The notes under the pieces were generated by a model. The model ran no database searches. It saw only the letters and a list, made by a program, of their open reading frames with translations, and was not told where the DNA came from. From Armatimonadota bacterium (GTDB taxonomy: Bacteria > Armatimonadota > SYMT01), in contig JBKBRF010000023.1 in the NCBI GenBank assembly GCA_046292385.1, positions 32,001 to 96,000 of the forward strand: a stretch of DNA of 64,000 bases, given 5' to 3'. Both the position numbers and the translations under genes were made by a program. Numbering within the stretch: position 1 is the stretch's first letter; the number at the start of each line of letters is the position of its first letter. Positions 49,592 to 59,525 of the stretch are shown here, piece by piece.

Positions 49592-50999
49592 GCGGAAGGC
49601 GCCGCCGCGCGGCGAGGTGCTGGTGCTCGGCCTCTCCGCCGGGTGCGTGCGCCTGCTGCAGGCGCGGGCGCAGGGCGGCGACGTGGTGAGCGATCGCTGG
49701 GTCTCCGTCCCCGCCGCGGACGACGAGACCCGCGCCCGCGCCGTGGTGGACGCGCTGGCCGGCGCCGGGGTCAGGGAGCGCCGGGTGACCGTCTGCCTGC
49801 CGGCATCCTGGCTCACGATGAAGCGAGTCCAGCTTCCGCCGGCGGAGCCGGAGCAGATCCCGGAGCTGGTGCGCTACGAGGCGCAGCGCCACCTCCCCCT
49901 GCCGCTGGAGCAGCTCGCCTTTGGCTACCAGGTGATGTCTCACGGAAAGCCGGGCGAGGGCGCCGGCACCGACGTGCTGATCGCGGTTTGCCGCAAGACG
50001 GACCTGTCCCGTCTGGAGCGGAGCCTGTCCGATGCCGGGATCACGGTCGACGGCTACGGCATCGAGCCGCTGGGCGTCACCGACTCGTATCTATCCGGCG
50101 CCGCGCCGTTCCGGAACGGAGACGCCCGTCTGCTGCTGGCGCCGGAGAGCGCGGGGGTGCACGTGCAGGTGCTGCGCGGGAGCGACCTGGTCCACTCCCG
50201 GTACGTGGTCTCGAACGGGGACGACTGGACCGGCAGCGTGCGCCGCTCGCTGACCGCCTTTGCTCTCGAGAGACCCGACCTGCACCTGGCGGAGGCGGTC
50301 GCCCTCGGCGCGGAGGACCCGGAGCGCCTGTCGCTGGCGCTGGACCGCCCGGTCTCCCCCGCCGCCGCCGACCCGACTCTGCCGGCGGAATACCTGCCGA
50401 TGCTCGGGGTCGCCCGCCAGTCGCTCGGCCTGGGCCAGTACCCGCTCCGAATCGAGCCGCAGGGCTGGCAGGAAGCGCGGGCCGGGTCGGAGCGTCCCGT
50501 GGCGCTGCTGGCAGTTGCCGCGGCGGTCCTGGTTGTCGCCGGGTTGGTCGGCTGGCAGCTGACCCGCGTCCGCGCCCGGGCGGCCGATCGCCGGGAAGCC
50601 GGGCGCATCGCCAGCCTGGCGGCGCGGGACCAGAAGGCCCTGACGCAGCTGCGGGAGGAGCGGGACGCACTCCGCGCGCAGCTCACGGTGTTGGGCGACG
50701 GCGAGACGCGGCGCCCGCTCGACCTGCTCGATGACATCGCCGGCAAGGCGCCGCGCGGCCTCTGGCTGACCCACGTCGGCTTCCAGGCGGGAAAGCCGCT
50801 CCAGCTCGAGGGGACGGCGCGCGAGGCGACCCAGGTGACCCGCTTCCTGCGCGACCTGGAGCGGATCCCCGACTTCGGCCGCGCGGAGCTCGGCTTCCTC
50901 CGCAGCGAGAACGCCGGCGAGATCCCGGTCACCGAGTTCCGCATCGACTGTCACTTCCGGGCCGGGTCAGAGAGTGAGACCGTGGAGACGACGCCATGA
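49548..50999 (+). CDS. gspL: GspL / PilM-PilN-like protein
   Basis: Actin-like N-terminus (YEAQRHLPLP), a TM helix, coiled coil and a PilN-like C-terminus. Confidence 0.75.
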   Translation: MRKRERRVIATAGSKRKAPPRGEVLVLGLSAGCVRLLQARAQGGDVVSDRWVSVPAADDETRARAVVDALAGAGVRERRVTVCLPASWLTMKRVQLPPAEPEQIPELVRYEAQRHLPLPLEQLAFGYQVMSHGKPGEGAGTDVLIAVCRKTDLSRLERSLSDAGITVDGYGIEPLGVTDSYLSGAAPFRNGDARLLLAPESAGVHVQVLRGSDLVHSRYVVSNGDDWTGSVRRSLTAFALERPDLHLAEAVALGAEDPERLSLALDRPVSPAAADPTLPAEYLPMLGVARQSLGLGQYPLRIEPQGWQEARAGSERPVALLAVAAAVLVVAGLVGWQLTRVRARAADRREAGRIASLAARDQKALTQLREERDALRAQLTVLGDGETRRPLDLLDDIAGKAPRGLWLTHVGFQAGKPLQLEGTAREATQVTRFLRDLERIPDFGRAELGFLRSENAGEIPVTEFRIDCHFRAGSESETVETTP

Positions 51000-51532
51000 G
51001 CACGCTTTCGAAGCGGGAGCGCACGCTGGTGGCGCTGATGGTCGGGGTCGCCCTGGTAGTCGGCGTTCCCGGGCTGCTGCTGACCGGCGGGCGCGAGCCG
51101 GGTCCTTCGCTGGAGGCCGAGCGGGAGCGCCATGCCGGCATCCGGACGGAGCTGGCCGAGGTCCGCGAAGAGGTAGCGTCGCTGAAGAGCCGAATGGGCG
51201 GCCGCATTGTGCCCGGCACCCCGCGGCTGCTGGTTCCGCGGATGGTGCAGGCGGTCCACCGCGCCGCGCGCGCCGCCGGGATCCGGGTCGACGACCTGAA
51301 GCCGGTGCCGGACCAGCGGGAATCGGAGCTGAAGCGCGTGGCGGTGCAGGTGACCGCCAGCGCGCCGTTTCCCCGGGCGGTGCGGTTCCTGTACGAGCTC
51401 GACCGGCAGAGCAGCCGTTACGGAGTGGAGCAGCTTTCCATGGATGCCGCCAACCGGGAAGCGGACGAGCTGCAGCTCGAGCTGCGGCTCGTCGCGTACG
51501 TGAGATCGGAGGAAGCAGATGCAGTACCGTGA
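50996..51532 (+). CDS. gspM: GspM / PilO-like protein
   Basis: LSKRERTL + TM + coiled coil, plus gene order. Confidence 0.75.
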   Translation: MSTLSKRERTLVALMVGVALVVGVPGLLLTGGREPGPSLEAERERHAGIRTELAEVREEVASLKSRMGGRIVPGTPRLLVPRMVQAVHRAARAAGIRVDDLKPVPDQRESELKRVAVQVTASAPFPRAVRFLYELDRQSSRYGVEQLSMDAANREADELQLELRLVAYVRSEEADAVP

Positions 51533-52301
51533 GGACGCGATCCTACTGGTGATCCCCCGCCGCGCGGCGGTTACCGGCCTGGCGGTGGTGGCCACCGCCG
51601 CGGCGCTCTGGGGATTCCCCTCCGGCACCCAGGCGGAAACTCCCGTCAAGCCGCCGGAGACCGCGGTCGTGGAGACCCGCAAGACGGCGCGCCCGCGGCG
51701 GGAGCGGCTTCCGGACGACTTCGGGCGCTACCGCCGGCTGCTCGAGCGGAACCCGTTCGCGCCGCAGCTTCCACGCGTGCCGAACGTCTCCGTCACTCCG
51801 GCCCCGCCGCTCCCCGGCTCGGCTCCGCCCCTTCCGGTGCCCACGGTGCCGCCTCCGGGAGGTAACCCCGGCGGCGCCCCTGCCGCCGCGCCGCCGGCCT
51901 CCCCGGACCCACTTCAGGGCTGGACCTACGCCGGCACGGTGGTGATCGGCGACCAGGTCTACGCGGTGGTAGAGCACGCGCCGACGAAGCGCGGCGAGTA
52001 CGTCAAGCTGGGCGGCGAATTCCAGGGCGCGAAGGTGACCGGGATCTACCAGGGTGAGCTGACGGTCGAGATCGGCGGCCAGAGCCGCACGCTGCAGAAG
52101 TCGACCGCCTTCAACGCCACGCCGCTGGCCGGCGCCGGCACGCCCGGACAGCCGGGGCAGCCCGGACAGCCAGGGCAGCCCCAGCCGGGACAGCCACAGC
52201 CGGGGCAGCCACAGCCCGGCGTGCCGCAGCCCGGAGAGGGACAGCCTCACGGGGCCGTGGAGATCCATGAAGCTCCGGTAGCGGTCGCCGTTCCCGGTTA
52301 G
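51519..52301 (+). CDS. GspC-like protein with Pro-rich linker and PGQP repeats
   Basis: TM helix, RNPF, an HR-like beta domain and a (PGQ/PGQPQ)n tail. Confidence 0.6.
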   Translation: MQYREDAILLVIPRRAAVTGLAVVATAAALWGFPSGTQAETPVKPPETAVVETRKTARPRRERLPDDFGRYRRLLERNPFAPQLPRVPNVSVTPAPPLPGSAPPLPVPTVPPPGGNPGGAPAAAPPASPDPLQGWTYAGTVVIGDQVYAVVEHAPTKRGEYVKLGGEFQGAKVTGIYQGELTVEIGGQSRTLQKSTAFNATPLAGAGTPGQPGQPGQPGQPQPGQPQPGQPQPGVPQPGEGQPHGAVEIHEAPVAVAVPG

Positions 52302-52331
52302 CCCAGTCGTCCGCAGCAGCAGTCACGTGAA

Positions 52332-55163
52332 GTGAGGGGGAAGATCGAGATGAAAGACCGGTACCTCTGCGCCTTCGAGCGGACGGGCGAATCGTCGTCC
52401 GGGCTCCTGGCGTTCTCCAGGCTCTACCCGCTGCCGGACGCGCGGTGGCGCCGCCGCTCCCGCGCCGGGATGCTGGCGCTCGTGATGGCGGCGGGAACGG
52501 TCGGTGCCGTCTCGGCAGCCCAACCCGCCCCGAAGGCGCAAGCCAAGCCCGCGCCGAAGAAGGCGGGCGAGGCGAAACCGGCCACTGCCCCCGCCCCCCA
52601 GCCGGGAGCCCCCGCCCCGGCCGGCGCGCCGAACCCGGGCCAGCCGATGCCGATGCCTGCACCGGGAGCGATGCCGACGCCGATGGGCAACAACGGCGAG
52701 AAGGCCCGGGCGGCGGTGGCGGGCCTGCCTCCCGGAATGATCAAGCTCGACTTCCGCGGCACCGACATCGACACGGTGCTGCACGCCTACTCGCTGGCGT
52801 ACGGGTGGACGATCGTGAAGGATCCGTCGGTCTCCGGTCCGGTGACGATCATCGAGACGAACCCGCTCGACCAGAAGAAGGCGTTCCAGGTGCTGCAGGC
52901 GGTGCTCGACGTCCGCGGCTTCACGGCGATGCTGGAGGACAACATCCTGAAGGTGATGCCGCTCAAGCGGGCGGTGACCTCCACGCGCAGCGTCCGCGTG
53001 CCCGCGCCGGACTCCCCTGCGCTGGACGGCAACCAGGTGGTGACGGAAGTGGTACCCCTCTCCAACGCGGAGGCGGCGAGCCTGGCCAAGGACCTCCAGC
53101 CGCTCCTCACCGACGGCGCGAACATCATCGGGGCGGCCGGGGCGAACGCGCTGATCATCACCGACGCCGCCAACAACATCGAGCGGCTCAAGACGATCAT
53201 CAACTCGCTCGACAAGGGCGCGGGCAACAACGAGCTCGAGATCTTCCGGCTCAAGCACGTCACCGCCAAGAAGATGACGCAGATCATCAACGACCTCTTC
53301 GGCAAGATCGCCCCGCGCGGCGGTGGCGGGCCGGCGCCGATGCCGGGCCAGCCGCAGCCGGTGGGTCCGGACGGCCGCCCGCTCAAGACCGGTCCCGACC
53401 CACGGCCCGCGGTGGCCGCCGTGGAAGACGAGCGAACCAACTCCGTCATCGTGGTCGGCTCGGAAGACAACCTGGCGCGGGTGAAAGAGATCGTGGAGAA
53501 GCTCGACAACGAGCTCAACCCGCACAACGAGACCCGCGTCTTCGAGCTGAAGTTCGCGAACGCGGCGGAAGTCGCCAAGCTGATCAACGACGCCCTGGTG
53601 GGGCGGGACGAGGGCCAGAACACCAACCGGCAGCCGAGCTTCGGCTTCTTCAACCCGTTCGGCGGCCAGCAGCAGCAGGAGCAGGCGCAGACCAGCTTTC
53701 AGGTCGGCGGCACCCGCATCGTCGCGGACACCCGCACCAACAACCTCATTGTGACCGCGGACGAGGACACGATGAAGACGATCGAGGGGCTGCTGGAAGA
53801 CCTCGACCGCGGGGTGGAGTACGAAACGACCACCTTCTCGATCAAGCTGAAGAACGCGCACGCCGAGGACATGGCGTACGTGCTCTCCCAGGCCTTCGGC
53901 ACCCAGCAGCAGAACCTCAATCCGTTCGGCTTCTTCGGCGGCTTCTTCGGCAACCAGGGTGCCGGGCGGGAGTCGAGGCGCGACCGCCGCATCCGACGCC
54001 GCGTGAACTCCAACGATCAGCGGACGGATGCCTCCCTCGGCGGCGACCTGCCCCGCACCGCCTTCGTACCCGATGACGGACGGGAGCTCATCGCGGACGC
54101 GAGCCGCCCGGAGATCCCGGAGGGCGCGCGCCAGCTGGCGCAGTTCTTCTACGACTACTACTATGGCGGCAACCGCCGCGGCTCCGACGCCACCACCGGC
54201 CGCACGTCGGACGGGCGCTACGTCAACCTGCTCCAGCTCCGGAACAACGTGCTGGTCACGCCGGAGCGGAATACGAACAGCCTGATCATCACCACCTCGC
54301 CGGAGAACGTGCAAGCGGTAAAGGACCTGATCGCGGACCTCGACATCGAGGTGAAGCAGGTCCTGCTCGAAGCGATCGTCGCCGAAGTCACGCTCGACAA
54401 CCAGCAGCGGTTCGGGGTCGAGTACCTCCTCGGCAACCTGCGAAACCAGATCCAGGGGGTGTTCCCGGTGCTGCCTGGCCGGGGTCCGATCAGCGCGGAT
54501 CCGCTCGGCGCCGGCTTCCGCTACACCGTGATCCGCGGCGACCTGACCGCGATGGTGACCGCCATCGGCCGGGACGAGCGGGTGCGGATTCTCTCCACGC
54601 CGCGGATCTTCACTTCCAACAACCAGGAAGCCGAGATCGACATTACGGACAGCATCCCCTACCTGGAGGGCAACTCGATCGGCTTCGGCGGCCAGGTCAG
54701 CACCAGCGTCGACTTCCTGAATGTGGGCCTGATCCTGAACGTCACCCCGCGCATCACCGAGGACGGGATGGTGACGGTCGACGTCTACCAGGAAGACAGC
54801 AACCTGATCGAGTTCCGCAACGTCGGGAACGGCGCCGTGGCGCCGGTCACCACCCAGCGCGTCACCGACACCTCCGTGGCGCTGCGGGACGGGGACACGC
54901 TGGTGCTGAGCGGCCTGCAGCGGGAGTCTCAGACCCTGGTCCGCAACAAGATCCCGGTGCTGGGAGACATCCCGGTCCTCGGCAACCTGTTCCGGAACAC
55001 GACCCGGCTGAAGAAGCGCACCGAGCTGGTGGTCTTCCTCACGCCGCGCGTGGTGAACAACTCCGACGAGGCGAGGGCGCTCTCCCAGCAAGAGCTGGAC
55101 CGGATCCGCAAGACCCTGCCGGGAGTCCAGCCGAGCACGCCGGAAGCTCCGAGTAAGCCGTAG
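52332..55163 (+). CDS. gspD: Type II secretion secretin GspD (start uncertain)
   Basis: N0 LDFRGTDI, repeated DERTNS/DTRTNN N-domains, QVLLEAIVAEV, and IPVLGDIPVLGNLF...ELVVFLTPRV. Confidence 0.93.
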   Translation: MRGKIEMKDRYLCAFERTGESSSGLLAFSRLYPLPDARWRRRSRAGMLALVMAAGTVGAVSAAQPAPKAQAKPAPKKAGEAKPATAPAPQPGAPAPAGAPNPGQPMPMPAPGAMPTPMGNNGEKARAAVAGLPPGMIKLDFRGTDIDTVLHAYSLAYGWTIVKDPSVSGPVTIIETNPLDQKKAFQVLQAVLDVRGFTAMLEDNILKVMPLKRAVTSTRSVRVPAPDSPALDGNQVVTEVVPLSNAEAASLAKDLQPLLTDGANIIGAAGANALIITDAANNIERLKTIINSLDKGAGNNELEIFRLKHVTAKKMTQIINDLFGKIAPRGGGGPAPMPGQPQPVGPDGRPLKTGPDPRPAVAAVEDERTNSVIVVGSEDNLARVKEIVEKLDNELNPHNETRVFELKFANAAEVAKLINDALVGRDEGQNTNRQPSFGFFNPFGGQQQQEQAQTSFQVGGTRIVADTRTNNLIVTADEDTMKTIEGLLEDLDRGVEYETTTFSIKLKNAHAEDMAYVLSQAFGTQQQNLNPFGFFGGFFGNQGAGRESRRDRRIRRRVNSNDQRTDASLGGDLPRTAFVPDDGRELIADASRPEIPEGARQLAQFFYDYYYGGNRRGSDATTGRTSDGRYVNLLQLRNNVLVTPERNTNSLIITTSPENVQAVKDLIADLDIEVKQVLLEAIVAEVTLDNQQRFGVEYLLGNLRNQIQGVFPVLPGRGPISADPLGAGFRYTVIRGDLTAMVTAIGRDERVRILSTPRIFTSNNQEAEIDITDSIPYLEGNSIGFGGQVSTSVDFLNVGLILNVTPRITEDGMVTVDVYQEDSNLIEFRNVGNGAVAPVTTQRVTDTSVALRDGDTLVLSGLQRESQTLVRNKIPVLGDIPVLGNLFRNTTRLKKRTELVVFLTPRVVNNSDEARALSQQELDRIRKTLPGVQPSTPEAPSKP

Positions 55164-55184
55164 CCAAAGGATGGATTGGCTTCT

Positions 55185-55237
55185 CCCGGGCGGTTGAAAC
55201 CGCGGCAACAACAGCACGAAGTCCCCCTGCGGGGACT
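55185..55237 (+). repeat. Divergent REP-like bipartite palindrome
   Basis: GCGGTTGAAACCGC hairpin plus CGAAGTCCCCCTGCGGGGACT. Confidence 0.65.
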
Positions 55238-55246
55238 GAAAAGAGC

Positions 55247-55285
55247 GGGGGCAGGCGTCCTGCGGGACGCCTGCCCCTTCGTTTT
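55247..55285 (+). terminator. Rho-independent terminator after gspD
   Basis: GGGGCAGGCGTCC/GGACGCCTGCCCC stem followed by TTCGTTTT. Confidence 0.8.
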
Positions 55286-55428
55286 GCGTCTCACCCCTGG
55301 AGACCCCGTGAGCGATACCTCTATGTCCGTCGGACAGACGACTGCAGGGCTCTTCAGCATCCTTCGAGAAAGGGATCGTTGACGGGCCGTGGCCGTGTCT
55401 TCGTATGCCCACCAGATTGGCGTTAGCG

Positions 55429-56388
55429 ATGACTCCTGTTTATCTGACCGAAAGTGACGTAGACCGCCTGGTGACGATGGCGGATGCGATGGAGGTGGTG
55501 GAAGGTTGCTTCCGCCGCCAGGGCGCGGGCGCGGCGACGAACGAGCCGCGCCGACGGGCGCGGGTGCCGGGCGGGCTGCTCCACGTGATGTTCGCGGCCG
55601 ATCCGGGCGCGGGCTACCTCGGGCTCAAGAGCTACACTACCTTCCGCGAGGGCAACCGCTTCCACGTGCTGCTCTACAGCGCGGAGGACGGGCGGCTCCT
55701 GGCGTTGATCGAGGCGGACCGGCTGGGCCAGCTTCGCACCGGCGCCGCTTCCGGCGTGGCGACCCGCCTGCTCGCGAGACCGGACGCGTCGGTCGCGACC
55801 GTATTCGGCACCGGCTGGCAGGCGCGCGCGCAGGTGGAAGCCCTCAGCTACGCGCGCAGCCTCTCCGAGATCCGGGTCTACGGGCGGGATGTCGACCGCC
55901 GCCAGGCATTCTCCAATGAGATGTCCGGACGGCTGGGCCTGTGGGTGGTGCCGGCGGCGAGCCCGGAAGCCGCGCTGGACGGCGCGGACGTCGTGACCAC
56001 GATCACCACCTCGGCGCGACCGGTCTTCGACGGCTCCCTTCTGCAGCCGGGAGCACACGTGAACGCCGCGGGATCGAACTCGCTGCTTCGCGCGGAGATC
56101 GATGAGACCACCGTCTCGCGCTCCGACGTGGTGACCGTCGACAGCCTCGCGGCGGTCCCGCTGGAAGGCGGCGATCTCTTCCCCGCCATCCAGAAGGGAA
56201 GCCTCTATCCGGAGGCGCTGGTGGAGATCGGGAAGGTCGCCGCGGGTCTGCACCCCGGACGTACCAGCGCGGAGCAGATCACCCTCTTCAAATCGCACGG
56301 CATCGCGCTGGAGGACATCGCCCTCGCCGCGCGGGTCTACGAACGGGCCGTGGAACGGGGCGCCGGCTCTCCGCTCGGGAGCGCCTGA
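55429..56388 (+). CDS. Ornithine cyclodeaminase / mu-crystallin family protein
   Basis: LRTGAASGVAT, FGTGWQA and ITLFKSHGIALED motifs. Confidence 0.9.
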   Translation: MTPVYLTESDVDRLVTMADAMEVVEGCFRRQGAGAATNEPRRRARVPGGLLHVMFAADPGAGYLGLKSYTTFREGNRFHVLLYSAEDGRLLALIEADRLGQLRTGAASGVATRLLARPDASVATVFGTGWQARAQVEALSYARSLSEIRVYGRDVDRRQAFSNEMSGRLGLWVVPAASPEAALDGADVVTTITTSARPVFDGSLLQPGAHVNAAGSNSLLRAEIDETTVSRSDVVTVDSLAAVPLEGGDLFPAIQKGSLYPEALVEIGKVAAGLHPGRTSAEQITLFKSHGIALEDIALAARVYERAVERGAGSPLGSA

Positions 56389-57050
56389 TGGCCGGGCGGG
56401 GTAGCGGCCTGCTCCAGACGGTGTGGGCCGGCACGCTCGACCTGCTCTTTCCCCCGCGCTGCCTGGTGTGCGATGCCCTGGCGGAGCCGTTCTGCGCGGA
56501 ATGCCGGGGCGAGGTGCAGCCGGTCGGACCCGATGCGCTGCTGCCGCCGCTCCTGCGTGACGTCCGCAGCGCGGGCTACCACGCAGGCCCGCTCCGCAGC
56601 GCGGTGCTCCGCCTGAAGTTCGAGCGAAAGGTGGCGCTGCTCGATCCGCTGGCGGAGCTGCTCGCGGCGGAGCTGGAGTCCCACCTCCCCGCCTGGCGCG
56701 CCGACGCCCTGCTGCCGGTTCCGATCCACTGGCTCCGCCGGCTGGAGCGCGGCTTCAACCAGAGCGAGCTGCTGGCGGAGGAGGTCGCCCGGCGAACGGG
56801 GCTGCCGCTCTCTCGCGCGCTGCGGCGCGTCCGGAAGACGCCGCACCAGGTCGGCCTGCCGCGAGAACGCCGGCAGGAGAACCTCGTGGGAGCGTTTGCC
56901 GTTTCGCCCGGCGAGACGGTCGGCGGGCGGCGGTTCGTCCTGCTCGACGACGTCCGCACCACCGGCGCCACGCTGACGGAGTGCGCGCGAACCCTCCGCG
57001 CCGCCGGTGCCGAGGAAGTCTACGGCCTCACCGTGACGTACGACGCGTAG
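56388..57050 (+). CDS. comF: ComF family amidophosphoribosyltransferase-like protein
   Basis: LFPPRCLVC, RGFNQS and LLDDVRTTGATL motifs. Confidence 0.88.
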   Translation: MAGRGSGLLQTVWAGTLDLLFPPRCLVCDALAEPFCAECRGEVQPVGPDALLPPLLRDVRSAGYHAGPLRSAVLRLKFERKVALLDPLAELLAAELESHLPAWRADALLPVPIHWLRRLERGFNQSELLAEEVARRTGLPLSRALRRVRKTPHQVGLPRERRQENLVGAFAVSPGETVGGRRFVLLDDVRTTGATLTECARTLRAAGAEEVYGLTVTYDA

Positions 57051-57090
57051 GCTTCCGGAAGAACACGATGCTGCGCGGAGATCGCCAACC

Positions 57091-57142
57091 CGCCCGCGAG
57101 TAAACTCGGGGCTACTGAGAGCGAAGCCCGCCTGCGCGGGCT
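57091..57142 (+). repeat. REP-like bipartite palindrome
   Basis: ...GGCTACTGAGAGCGAAGCCCGCCTGCGCGGGCT. Confidence 0.8.
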
Positions 57143-57269
57143 GTCGAACCCGGTACTCGGAGCGCCTCGCCCGTTCCCATCAGGTTCCCTTCGCGTCTTT
57201 CGCCATCTTCGCGCCTTCGCGTTCGTTCGGAGCTACCCCCCGGCGAGGCTTCGCCCGTATACTGCTGTG

Positions 57270-58574
57270 ATGCACCGGAATCGGCTGACACGACGGGACT
57301 GGCTGCGCCTGGGGGCCGCGGCGGCGGCGCTGCCGCTGGCGGCGGGCTGTGACGCGCCTTCCGCGGACGGCGTGACGGAGATCCGCTACTGGACGGGCTG
57401 GACCGGGCACGAGCTTGACGTTCAGAAGCGGCTGGTGGCGGAGTTCAACCGTACGCATCCCGGCATCCGCGTCCGCATCCTTAGCGTCGCCAACGCCTAC
57501 CAGAAGGTCCGGATCGCGTTTGCGGGCGGCGCCACGCCGGACGTTTGCTCCGCCGTGTGGGCGGACGAGCTGGCGGCCTACGCCATGCGCGGCGTGCTGC
57601 TGCCGCTGGACGAGTTTCTTCACGAGAGCGGGCGCTCGGGAGAAGAGTGGCTCCCGGGGCTCTGGCGGATGCTCCAGTACCGAAATCGCGCCCACGGCCT
57701 GGTGGTGACGACGAACGCCAGCTTCATCGTCTTCAACAAAGAGATCTTCCGCGAGGTAGGGCTCGACCCGGAGCGCCCGCCGCGAACCATCGAGGAGCTC
57801 GACGCAGCGGCCTGGGCCTGCACCCGGATCGAGCGGGACGGCTCGATGAGCCGCTACGGCCTCCGGCCGGCCGACCTGAACCGCTGGGCGTACTCCTTCG
57901 GCGGGCGCTGGGCGGATGAGGACGGGCAGCGGATCACCGCCAACCATCCGCGCAACGTGGAGGCGCTCCGGTGGATGGCGTCCTACGGGAAACGGTACGA
58001 CGTGCGGCGGATGCAGTCGTTCGAGGAGACGTTCGGGCGCAACACCGGCGCCAACGGTCCGTTCTTCACCGGCAAGGTGGCGATGTGGCAGACCGGCGAG
58101 TTCGCGCTGGAGCACCTGCGGCGCTACGCCCCGGACATGGAATGGGGCTGGTTCCCCTACCCGGCGCCCCCTACCGGCCGCGAGAACTGTGTTGTTACTG
58201 CCGGCGGCAGCGCCTTCGTCATCCCGGCGGCGACGAAGCACCCGCGGGAGGCGTGGACCTTCCTCGACTGGCTGACCCGGCCTCATGCCGTGGGAGAGTT
58301 CTGCGAGGGGATCGCCAACCTCCCCCCGCTGCGTTCTCTTGTCGGCTCGGAGCGGTTCCGGAAAGAGCCGCTGTTCCGGTTCGCCCTCGACCTGGCGGCG
58401 GGGGAGAACGTCTTCGGGCCGCCCGTCGTCCCGACCTGGCTCCGGTACAAGCAAGAGATCCAGCGGGCGGAAGAGTACGCCATCTTCGGCGGAGCCGATC
58501 CGCAGTCGCTGCTCGACGGCGTCCAGGCCCGGGTGGAACAAGACCTCGCTCGCGCCCTGCGTGAGGCCGCCTGA
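57270..58574 (+). CDS. Sugar ABC transporter substrate-binding lipoprotein (Tat)
   Basis: TRRDWL Tat motif, LAAGC lipobox, FNKEIF and GKVAM. Confidence 0.9.
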   Translation: MHRNRLTRRDWLRLGAAAAALPLAAGCDAPSADGVTEIRYWTGWTGHELDVQKRLVAEFNRTHPGIRVRILSVANAYQKVRIAFAGGATPDVCSAVWADELAAYAMRGVLLPLDEFLHESGRSGEEWLPGLWRMLQYRNRAHGLVVTTNASFIVFNKEIFREVGLDPERPPRTIEELDAAAWACTRIERDGSMSRYGLRPADLNRWAYSFGGRWADEDGQRITANHPRNVEALRWMASYGKRYDVRRMQSFEETFGRNTGANGPFFTGKVAMWQTGEFALEHLRRYAPDMEWGWFPYPAPPTGRENCVVTAGGSAFVIPAATKHPREAWTFLDWLTRPHAVGEFCEGIANLPPLRSLVGSERFRKEPLFRFALDLAAGENVFGPPVVPTWLRYKQEIQRAEEYAIFGGADPQSLLDGVQARVEQDLARALREAA

Positions 58575-58592
58575 ACCCGGCTCTGACCCCGT

Positions 58593-59525
58593 ATGACCGC
58601 TCCCCTTCTCCACTCTCCGAAGCGCCGCGCCTCCACCCGCAGCCGGCAGGACCTGCGCAACGGCCTCCTCTTCGCGGCGCCGTGGTTGCTCCACCTGGCA
58701 GTCTTTATCGCCTACCCGATCGCCGCCTCGCTTTACTACAGCTTCTGCTACTACGACGCGCTGCGACCGCCGCGGTGGGCCGGCCTGGAGAACTACCAGC
58801 GGCTCTTCTTCCAGGACCCGGTCTTCTGGCAGGCACTCTGGAACACGCTCTACCTGATCGCCTTCGGTCTCCCGATCGGCCTGGTGGCGAGCCTCGGCAT
58901 CGCGCTCCTGATGAACCAGCGGCTGAAGGGCATCGAGCTCTACCGGACCGTCTTCTACCTGCCGAGCATCGTGCCGGTGGTCGCCACTTCCGTCCTCTGG
59001 CTCTGGCTGCTCAACCCGGACATGGGGCTGATCAACCTGCTGCTGAAGCAGGTCGGGATCGCCGGGCCGGGCTGGCTGCAGGACCCCGGCTGGAGCAAGC
59101 CGGCGCTGATCCTGATGGGGCTCTGGGGCGCGGGCGGAGGGATGGTGATCTACCTGGCCGGGCTCCAGGACGTGCCGCAGGCGCTGTACGAGGCGGCGAG
59201 CCTGGACGGCGCCGGAAAGCTGGCGCAGCTCCGACACGTCACGCTGCCGATGATCAGCCCGGTGATCCTCTTCAACCTGATCATGGGGCTGATCGGAGCG
59301 TTCCAGTACTTCACGCAGGTCTACGTGATGACCGGCGGCACGGGGCGCCCGCAGGACAGCACGCTGGTCTACGCGCTCTACCTCTTCAACTCGGCGTTCC
59401 TCGACTTCCGCATGGGCTATGCGTGCGCCATGGCATGGGTGCTCTTCGTGGTGACGCTGCTCTGCGCGCTGGCGGTCTTCCGCACCTCCGCGAAGTGGGT
59501 CTACTACGGCGGAGAGGCGCGATGA
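58593..59525 (+). CDS. Sugar ABC transporter permease
   Basis: EAA loop LYEAASLDGA. Confidence 0.92.
   Translation: MTAPLLHSPKRRASTRSRQDLRNGLLFAAPWLLHLAVFIAYPIAASLYYSFCYYDALRPPRWAGLENYQRLFFQDPVFWQALWNTLYLIAFGLPIGLVASLGIALLMNQRLKGIELYRTVFYLPSIVPVVATSVLWLWLLNPDMGLINLLLKQVGIAGPGWLQDPGWSKPALILMGLWGAGGGMVIYLAGLQDVPQALYEAASLDGAGKLAQLRHVTLPMISPVILFNLIMGLIGAFQYFTQVYVMTGGTGRPQDSTLVYALYLFNSAFLDFRMGYACAMAWVLFVVTLLCALAVFRTSAKWVYYGGEAR

Noticed and set aside
52140..52235. Tandem repeats resembling a CRISPR array or VNTR
   Set aside because: They encode PGQ/PGQPQ peptide repeats inside a CDS. There are no spacers and no cas genes.
52323..55412. 1029-aa antisense ORF and similar long ORFs (11124-13385, 19145-20947, 32684-34726, 57180-59237, 60992-63121)
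   Set aside because: Shadow ORFs overlapping well-supported genes, as expected in high-GC DNA, with no recognisable motifs.
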